Part shown: one piece after another, positions 57,412 through 64,000 of the stretch
Layout of the letters: each line of letters begins with the position of its first letter
Position numbering within the stretch: position 1 is the first letter of the stretch
Assembly (NCBI GenBank): GCA_963783655.1
Contig: CAWAOA010000007.1
Location: 273,991 to 337,990 of the forward strand
Direction of reading: 5' to 3'
Source of the DNA: an uncultured Chloroflexia bacterium
GTDB taxonomy: Bacteria > Chloroflexota > Anaerolineae > CG2-30-64-16
DNA length: 64,000 bases
Program-made: the position numbers and the translations under genes
The notes under the pieces: generated by a model
What the model was told of the DNA's origin: nothing
Seen by the model: only the letters and a program-made list of their open reading frames with translations
Database searches by the model: none

Positions 57412-60072
57412 ATGTCCGGTATTCGAGTACGGTGGGCGCGGCTTCTATTTACCCTGCCCATGTTGCTGGCATTGCTCAGTGCTTGTGACGGCGCGACCCC
57501 CGCGCCACCGCCGCCCGCCGCACGGACACGCGCCTCGCTTCCCGATATTGTCGAAGAGTACATGGCCAATCTCGACGGTCCCTCTCCGAAGCTCTTCCTT
57601 ACCAGCCGGGTCTACGATCGTAACGGCGTCCTGCTCGCCGAGTATTGGGACGAAGGCCGGCGCTATTGGGTCCCGTTGGCCTCCGTCGCGCCGCCCGTGA
57701 TCCAGGCGACGATCGCGACTGAGGACAAGAACTTCTATACGAATCCGGGGGTGGATTGGAGCGCGATCGCACGCGCGGTAATGGTGAATGCCACCGAAGG
57801 CGAGGTGGCATCGGGCGCGTCCACCATCACCCAGCAGCTCGCCCGCAATATCTCCATGCCGTACGAGAAGCGACTGGAGCAGTCCATCGACCGGAAGCTC
57901 ACCGAGACTGCCCTGGCCCAGGAGCTGACCGAGCGCTTCACGAAGGACGAGCTGCTCGAGATGTACCTGAACGTCGTATATTACGGCCGCATGGCATACG
58001 GGGTCGAAGCTGCTTCTCGCACCTTCTTCGGCAAACCGGCCACGCAGCTGAACCTTGCGGAAAGCGCGATGCTCGCCGGTCTCCCGCAGTCGCCCGCAGT
58101 GCTCGATCCGCTCGTGCCCGAGAATCTCGACCGTGCGAAATCGCGCCAGGGGGTGGTTCTGGCGCTGATGGCGAAAAACGGATTCATCAGCCAGGAGTTG
58201 GCACAGGCAACCTACGCCGAGCCGCTCAACTTCCAGCCGGGAGTCCGGACCCCGCATCTGGCGCCGCACTTCCTGAACTACTTGCAGCAGTCGGTCGAGA
58301 CGTCCTACGGAAAGGGAGCCCTGGGCCGCGGCGGCTTCACGATCACGGCGACGATTGACTCACGCATCCAGACCATGGCGGAAGAGACGGTCAAGAAGCA
58401 GGTCGACTCCGTACGCGTAAAGTACAACATGACCAGCGTGGCGCTCGTGGCGCTGAAGCCGGGAACGGGCGAGATCATCGCCATGGTGGGCAGCGCCGAC
58501 TTCTACGACAGTAAGATCTCGGGACAGGTAAACGTCACGACCTCGCTCCGCCAACCCGGCTCGTCGATCAAGCCGATTCTTTATGCCGCCGCATTTTCCC
58601 GCGGCTACACCCCTGGCGATATCGTTTTCGACACGGGAGTGTCGTTCACGCTACCGTACGGGCAGATATACCGGCCGGTGAACTATGACGGCAAGTATCA
58701 CGGCGCGGTACGGCTGCGGCAGGCGCTTGCCAATTCCTTCAATATCCCGGCCGTAAAGCTGCTGAGCTGGGTTGGCGTTCCGAACATGGTGGACCTCGCC
58801 CGAGCGATGGGGATACAGGGGCTGGACCAGCCGGCCGACCGGTATGGGTTGGCACTGACCCTGGGGGGGAGCGAGGTGACCCTCCTCAGCCTGACGAATG
58901 CATATGCCACCCTCGGCAGTGGCGGCAGGATGGTGGAGCCGACCCCGATACTCGCCATCGCCGACAGCATGGGACGTACCATCTCCCGCCTCAAGCCCGC
59001 ACCCACGCAGGTACTGGACGAGCGAGTCGCCTATCAGGTGACGTCGATTCTCTCGGACAACGACGCGCGCACGCCGATGTTCGGGGCGAACAGCCCGCTG
59101 AAGTTGTCACGCCCCGTTGCAGGGAAGACCGGCACGACCAACGACTGGCGCGACAACCTCACGATGGGGTACACCCCCTATCTGTCGGTGGGTGTTTGGG
59201 CAGGCAACGCCGACGGGTCGCTGATGCGCAACACCACGGGCCTCACGGGTGCGGCCCCAATCTGGCACGACTTCTTCGAGGCGGTGTTCAGCGATCCATC
59301 CTTCGATGCCAGCGTGCGCCGCCCGAATGAGCCGATCGAGTTCATTCGCCCACCCGGCCTGCTCGACGTGCCGATCTGCACCTTGAGCCAGCTCAAGTTA
59401 GGGGCGGAGTGCCCGAGCACCAAGACAGACGTAATCCTCGACCCCAGGATCCCGGTGCGCGTCGGAAACGGCGGTACGACGGCATCGCCCGTCCCGTCCG
59501 CACCGATCGCGGAGAAGCTAGACCCGGCTCTCACGCGAGTGAGCGTGGCACGCGTTGGCGGAAACCAACTGTGCACGAGTGCCGAGTTTGGAGAGCCCAC
59601 TGTGATGCTACGCCTTCCCGGTGACCAGCGTGAGGCCGACCAGGCGCGGTCATGGGCTGCCGGGATGGGGCTGCGACCACAGGCGCCCGCGTGCACCGAG
59701 AGCCAGCTGGCGCAGGTGAAGAAGTCTACGCCGACGCCGGTAGCGACCACCGCAGCGGCCACGGGCGTCAGGTCGGCAATCACCTCGCCGAAGGCCGGCG
59801 CCACCGTCAGCGGAGAGGTGGAAATCAAGGGAACCGCCCAGTTCGACGCCGGCGTCTACGACTTCTACAAGGTGGAATATGGGAACGGACGGGAGCCCGC
59901 CGAGTGGATCACAATGGGGTCGGGCCATAAAGAGCCGGTAACGAACGGCCGGCTTGAGATGTGGCATGCCGGCACGTTGCCCGCCGGCACCTACTCTCTG
60001 CGGGTGGTGGTGGTGAAGAAAGACGGCAATTTCGTGACCTCACCGCCGGTCGTGATCACGATCCGCCGGTAG
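57412..60072 (+). CDS. Penicillin-binding protein 1A family (bifunctional transglycosylase/transpeptidase) with C-terminal Ig-like extension
   Basis: ATG 57412 after GGAGGGAAC. Lipobox-like LLALLSAC. GT51 motifs (EDKNFYTNPG, GASTITQQLA, RKLTE). TP motifs (SSIKP, SFN, KTGTT). Intact. Confidence 0.9.
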   Translation: MSGIRVRWARLLFTLPMLLALLSACDGATPAPPPPAARTRASLPDIVEEYMANLDGPSPKLFLTSRVYDRNGVLLAEYWDEGRRYWVPLASVAPPVIQATIATEDKNFYTNPGVDWSAIARAVMVNATEGEVASGASTITQQLARNISMPYEKRLEQSIDRKLTETALAQELTERFTKDELLEMYLNVVYYGRMAYGVEAASRTFFGKPATQLNLAESAMLAGLPQSPAVLDPLVPENLDRAKSRQGVVLALMAKNGFISQELAQATYAEPLNFQPGVRTPHLAPHFLNYLQQSVETSYGKGALGRGGFTITATIDSRIQTMAEETVKKQVDSVRVKYNMTSVALVALKPGTGEIIAMVGSADFYDSKISGQVNVTTSLRQPGSSIKPILYAAAFSRGYTPGDIVFDTGVSFTLPYGQIYRPVNYDGKYHGAVRLRQALANSFNIPAVKLLSWVGVPNMVDLARAMGIQGLDQPADRYGLALTLGGSEVTLLSLTNAYATLGSGGRMVEPTPILAIADSMGRTISRLKPAPTQVLDERVAYQVTSILSDNDARTPMFGANSPLKLSRPVAGKTGTTNDWRDNLTMGYTPYLSVGVWAGNADGSLMRNTTGLTGAAPIWHDFFEAVFSDPSFDASVRRPNEPIEFIRPPGLLDVPICTLSQLKLGAECPSTKTDVILDPRIPVRVGNGGTTASPVPSAPIAEKLDPALTRVSVARVGGNQLCTSAEFGEPTVMLRLPGDQREADQARSWAAGMGLRPQAPACTESQLAQVKKSTPTPVATTAAATGVRSAITSPKAGATVSGEVEIKGTAQFDAGVYDFYKVEYGNGREPAEWITMGSGHKEPVTNGRLEMWHAGTLPAGTYSLRVVVVKKDGNFVTSPPVVITIRR

Positions 60073-60097
60073 GCCGGCCGTCGTCAGAGGGCAAAAA

Positions 60098-60122
60098 AAG
60101 GGGGAGGCGTGGCCTCCCCCTT
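60098..60122. terminator. Bidirectional intrinsic terminator between PBP1A and the FmdB-family gene
   Basis: gcaaaaaAAGGGGGAGGC-gtg-GCCTCCCCCTTcc. Confidence 0.8.
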
Positions 60123-60146
60123 CCAATTCCTCAAGTAACGAACGAG

Positions 60147-60470
60147 TTAGCTGCTGGTCTTGGACCCACCGTCACTCATGGAGGGTGTGCTGGTGCTCGG
60201 CGCTGCCGGCGTAGTCGTCGGGCTCGAAGCACCGTCAGAGGCGGGCTTGGAATCCTCATCCTTCTTCTTTGCCGGGATGCCCGTCGAAGATTTGCCCCGA
60301 TTATCCGTAACGTAAAAGCCAGAACCCTTGAAAATGACTCCCACCGGCTGCATAACCCGGTGCACGTGGCCGCAGCACTCCGGGCAAACGGAGAGCGCGG
60401 ATTCACTCATGCGCTGTAATCGCTCGAACCTCACACCACACTGTTCACACTCGTACTCGTAAATAGGCAT
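60147..60470 (-). CDS. FmdB family zinc-ribbon protein (CxxC_CxxC_SSSS) with Ser/Thr/Pro-rich tail
   Basis: Starts MPIYEYECEQCGVRFERLQRMSESALSVCPECCG. Confidence 0.9.
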   Translation of the reverse strand: MPIYEYECEQCGVRFERLQRMSESALSVCPECCGHVHRVMQPVGVIFKGSGFYVTDNRGKSSTGIPAKKKDEDSKPASDGASSPTTTPAAPSTSTPSMSDGGSKTSS

Positions 60471-60627
60471 TTGTCCAACCTCACTGCTCGACTCGCTCCA
60501 CTTGCGCGGTCTTCAGGCGAGCCGGCACCATTCCGCAAAAGCGAGGGCAAAGGCGACCCCTTCGTCGTTCTCGGGGAGCGCCCGGCCCTCGCGTGTCATG
60601 ACGGACCAAAGAGAACATTCTGCGTCT

Positions 60628-60656
60628 ATTATACGGTAGAGGAGGCAGTTTGACAA
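60628..60656 (-). promoter_or_regulatory. Candidate sigma-70 promoter (TTGTCA-17-TATAAT) for the FmdB-family gene, implying a ~150-nt 5' UTR
   Basis: The minus strand reads cTTGTCAaactgcctcctctaccgTATAATagac. Confidence 0.55.
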
Positions 60657-60841
60657 GTCAGATTGCATACCGCTCGGCAGATCCCATCTCCGGTGTCCCG
60701 GGTGCGGCCTCTTCGGCGCGCAGATCGGATGGAACCGGCACGGATTGGACCGGCAGGAGATGCAGCGGCCGATGATGTTGTCGCGGCCGGCGCTGCTGAA
60801 GGGCATTTGGGATGCCGTGCCGGCCAGGTGCGCGGCCGCGT

Positions 60842-60875
60842 CTCGAAGGCCAGGCTGGATGGCCTGGCCTTCGAG
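60842..60875 (-). terminator. Terminator-like hairpin downstream of fhs (13-bp perfect stem, no U tract)
   Basis: CTCGAAGGCCAGG-8 nt-CCTGGCCTTCGAG, 14 nt past the fhs stop. Confidence 0.5.
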
Positions 60876-60888
60876 AGAGATCAGGGAG

Positions 60889-62759
60889 CTAGAAGAGGCC
60901 CACTACACGTCCGGTCTCGAGATCCAGATCCACGTCATAGAAGACGGGCCTGGTGGGCAACCCGGGCATCGTACGCATTTCACCGCAGAGCGGGTAGAGG
61001 AAACCTGCGCCTACGCTGGCGCGGATGTCACGGATCGGGAATACGTAGTTGCGCGGGCGACCCTTCACGTTGGGGTCATGCGACAGGCTCAGATGGGTCT
61101 TGGCCATGCAGATCGGCAGCTTGTCGAACCCCAGCCGGGTGTAGAGCTCGATTTTGGCCTCGGCCTCGGGCGAGTACGAAACCGACTCTGCACCGTAGAT
61201 GTCCTTCGCTATCTTCTCTATCTTCTCCTTGATACTCCATTCGAGAGGATAGAGGAACTTGAAATCGTGTGGCTTCTCGCACGCCTTGACGACGGCCTCT
61301 GCGAGATCGCGCGCCCATCGCCGCCTTCGGCCCAGTGATTCGACGGCACCGCGTCTTCGGCGCCCGCCTCGATGGCCCGCCCGCGGATGTACTCGATCTC
61401 TGCAGGCGTGTCGTACTTGAAGCGATTGATCGCGACGACCACCGGCACGCCGAAGCGACGGGCGTTCTCGATGTGCGCGACCAGGTTCTCGCAACCCTTT
61501 TCGAGCAGCCCAATATTCTCCTCGGTGTAGGCAAAGTCGAGCGGTTTGCCCGCCACGACCTTGGGGCCACCCCCATGCATCTTGAGCGCGCGGACCGTCG
61601 TCACCAGCACGATACAATCGGGAATGAGCCCCGAGTACCGGCATTTGATGTCGAGGAATTTCTCCATACCGATGTCGGCGCCAAAGCCAGACTCCGTTAC
61701 GACGTAGTCGGCCATCTTGAGGGCGATCTGATCGGCGAGGATCGAGCTGTTGCCGTGGGCGATGTTCGCAAATGGTCCCGCGTGGACGAACGCCGGCTGT
61801 CCCTCGAGGGTCTGCATCAGGTTCGGCATGATGGCGTCCTTGAGGAGGACGGTCGCCGCGCCGGCGACGCCGAGATCCTCTGCGGTCACCGGTTCACCGG
61901 CCCGGCTCGTGGCCACAACGATGTTGCCGATACGATTGCGCATGTCCTCGAGACCCGTCGTAAGCGCCAGAATGGCCATCAACTCCGACGCTACGGAGAT
62001 GTCAAAGCCGGTCATTCGGGTGCGGCCCTTCTCGTCGGGTCCCATACCAATCTGGACGTGCCGCAGCGAGCGGTCGCTGATGTCGAGCACGCGATTCCAG
62101 GTAATGCTGGCAGGATCGATGTCCAGCACGGAAAAACGGGTACGCTCCGCAGGGGTCAGTTCGCCCGGGTCAGTCTTCTCTATCCCGAGCCGCTTTATGC
62201 GGCGTCGCATCGACGGGGAAAAGCTGCGCTTGCCCTCCTTGTCGGGCGGGCACAGACGGTCGAACAGCGCCTCGGCGCTCTGATCCTGCTCGTGGAAGAG
62301 GCGCGCGTCCAGCGCGGCGCCGATGAGGTCGTGTGCCGCAGTGATGGCGTGGATGTCGCCCGTGAGGTGCAGGTTAAAGTCTTCCATCGGAACAATCTGG
62401 CTGTAGCCGCCACCGGCAGCGCCGCCTTTGATCCCAAAGGTTGGCCCAAGGCTTGGCTGCCGGATGCAGCACAGCGCCTTCTTGCCAATGACGCCCAACC
62501 CTTGTGTCAGGCCGACGGTTGTGGTGGTTTTCCCTTCCCCCAGGGGAGTAGGCGTTATGGCGGTGACATCGATGTACTTGCCGGTCGGATTGTCCGCACA
62601 CGCCTTGAGGACGTCCAGATGTACCTTCGCCTTGTAGTTTCCGTACAACTCGAGGTCACCCGGGTCCAGACCGATGCCTTGTGCCACTTCGAGAATGGGT
62701 CGGAGCTCTGCAGCCTGAGCTACGTCCAGGTCGCTGGGAACTGGATTCAGACGCTTCAT
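60889..62759 (-). pseudogene. fhs: Formate--tetrahydrofolate ligase; one frameshift near 61300-61340
   Basis: [15 protein letters not shown]..., [16 protein letters not shown] in ORF 61218..62945. C-terminus ([17 protein letters not shown]..., [10 protein letters not shown]) in ORF 60889..61644. Confidence 0.9.
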
Positions 62760-62868
62760 CGATCGATCTACCTCCGTGGATGGGGGTTGCTGCCACGCCG
62801 ATGCAGGCGCCGGCAGTGGCCCGAAATGCCGACAGCAGAAAGCGAGAATTGTTGGGTTTACCGCGCCA

Positions 62869-62898
62869 ATTGTACATGGAGATACACGGATTGGACAA
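62869..62898 (-). promoter_or_regulatory. Candidate sigma-70 promoter (TTGTCC-18-TACAAT) for fhs
   Basis: The minus strand reads gcTTGTCCaatccgtgtatctccatgTACAATtgg, about 105 nt upstream of the fhs ATG. Confidence 0.45.
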
Positions 62899-63142
62899 GC
62901 AACTCCACGGCGCTCTCGCGCCTTCGTGTTCCGCGCATCGATCACCGGCGCCTGCGGACCTGTTCCTCATTCCGGTCAAGTACGCAGCAAACCCTAGACC
63001 CTGGCGGTTCGCGCCATTCTGGGGCGACTTGCCGCTGTCTGCCGTCAAATCGCCCCAGGATGGCGCGACTTTTCGTGGTGGCTTGCGTCCTCATTTGTAG
63101 AGTGAGCCGCGAGGCCGGTACCACGCACTTCAGGAGGGGCCA

Positions 63143-63601
63143 ATGACGATTTTTGTTCGGACCCTGACGCCAGACGAGATCAGGCGACTTGAGGATTTGC
63201 AGCGCTCGGCGGATGATCCGGAAATTGCGCGCCGCGCTCGAATCGTACTGTTGTCTGCCCGGCGGCAACCGGTCTACGACATCAGCCGTAGCGTTCAACT
63301 GCACCCGATCAACGTACGCAAGTGGCTTCACCGGTTCAGCGAGCATGGAGTGAATGGGCTTTACGCTCGCCGTTCGCCCGGAAGGCCGCCGGTCTTCTCC
63401 TCCAAACAGCGAGAGACGATCGTACGCCTTGCTGCTGCCGGCGTGGGCGCTGGTAAGAGCTGCTCCTGGTCGCTGCAGCGGCTCCGGCAGTACTTGATCG
63501 AAACCGGCATAGTAGAAGATATCAGCGCCGAGACGATTCGCCAACAGCTGATCCGCTCCGGGCTTGCGTTCCGGGGAAGGCAGTGGACCCGGCAGCACTG
63601 A
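63143..63601 (+). mobile_element. IS630-family transposase N-terminal HTH fragment (no DDE domain follows)
   Basis: Intact 152-aa ORF after AGGAGGGGCCA. RARIVLLSA...ISRSVQLHPINVRKWLHRFSEHGVNGLYARRSPGRPP...WSLQRL match the IS630 orfA-type paired HTH. I saw no catalytic domain downstream in any frame. Confidence 0.7.
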
Positions 63602-63795
63602 GCCCTTCCGCTTCACCGCCCCCGCGATCCACTCATGCGCCGCACGAGCCGCTCCCCGGCCCGTGCGGCGTGTCATTTCTCAGCGAACTGTAGGCGCGAC
63701 GCACCCCTACAACGCGATACGCCCGCTTTCGAGTGCGCCGTCCGCCCGGACACCAAATGGGCCGGCGGCGGCATTTGTACGTCCCGTTGGCGCGG

Positions 63796-64000
63796 TCAGG
63801 GTTCCGGGGTCAGGAGGATATCCGCCTCCAACGTCGCTCGAGGGACGGGAGGCTTGGGCGTTGGGGGCGGAGTTCGCGATGGTGTGGGCGTGAGAGTCGC
63901 CGTGGGGGGCGGAGTGGGCGTCTCCGGCGGTTGATCTGCACGGGTCGCCGTCGGCGTTACCGTCGCGGTGCCCGTTGGCTTGCTCGTGGGAGTAGGCGTC
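63796..64000 (-). CDS. 3' end of a gene entering from beyond the window: Pro/Thr-rich C-terminal tail
   Basis: My own minus-strand translation: TPTPTSKPTGTATVTPTATRADQPPETPTPPPTATLTPTPSRTPPPTPKPPVPRATLEADILLTPEP*. Low-complexity only. Confidence 0.35.
   Translation of the reverse strand, partial: TPTPTSKPTGTATVTPTATRADQPPETPTPPPTATLTPTPSRTPPPTPKPPVPRATLEADILLTPEP

Noticed and set aside
62760-62960. ZTP (pfl) or THF riboswitch upstream of fhs
   Set aside because: There is no ACUGGCG...CCGCCUGGGC pseudoknot pair. The THF-like CGAAGGCGCGAGAGCGCC is just a GGCGC-GAGA-GCGCC GNRA hairpin, and it lies upstream of the predicted -35 box, so it is probably not in the fhs transcript.
61335-63146. 603-aa plus-strand ORF, the longest unexplained ORF in the track
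   Set aside because: It is antisense to fhs, whose product aligns end-to-end with formate-THF ligase motifs. The plus-strand product is Arg/Gly/Asp-rich with no motifs.

Overview
High-GC (~64%) bacterial chromosomal segment carrying about 60 protein genes, 3 tRNA genes and 2 IS-derived elements. I saw no rRNA genes and no CRISPR array. The gene repertoire is consistent with a Chloroflexota/Thermomicrobia-like lineage, but that is an unverified inference (LL-DAP-aminotransferase-like gene, cdaA-cdaR, many ATGA/GTGA stop-start overlaps, zinc-ribbon-extended TopA). The content falls into five parts. (1) Two tandem S41 C-terminal processing peptidases, followed by an unexplained ~1 kb non-coding stretch (2109-3106). 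(2) A LacI-controlled sugar-alcohol catabolic locus (3107-16836) whose enzyme families match the Thermotoga-type inositol route: Gfo/Idh/MocA dehydrogenases, Zn-ADHs, a creatininase-family hydrolase and xylose-isomerase-like TIM barrels. It also carries a PfkB kinase and an FbpABC-like ABC transporter, and a shared palindromic operator occurs at three promoters. (3) A long, mostly minus-strand housekeeping block: hflX, aminotransferase, M28 peptidase, der, cdaR, cdaA, argF, an ECF sigma/anti-sigma operon, an EF-G paralog, uvsE, serS plus a tRNA operon, a dGTPase, pepP, xerC/D, topA, manC-like, dprA, rimM, a KH protein, rpsP, ffh, PBP1A and fhs. (4) A frameshifted ISKra4-family transposase and an IS630 HTH-only remnant. 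(5) Several poorly characterised modules: a dNK/MazG-like fusion candidate, a BNR-like propeller, a DUF362-PHP pair and orphan membrane proteins. A dominant technical feature is indel noise. At least 22 genes, including ffh, rpsP, topA, der and argF, need +/-1 frame corrections. Where I could localise the lesion it sits in a homopolymer, so I treat these as probable sequencing errors rather than true pseudogenes. I found no clearly novel multi-gene system such as a defence island. The most interesting items are the inositol regulon and its operator, the serS attenuator-like leader with a coupled uORF, and the 1 kb structured non-coding region.
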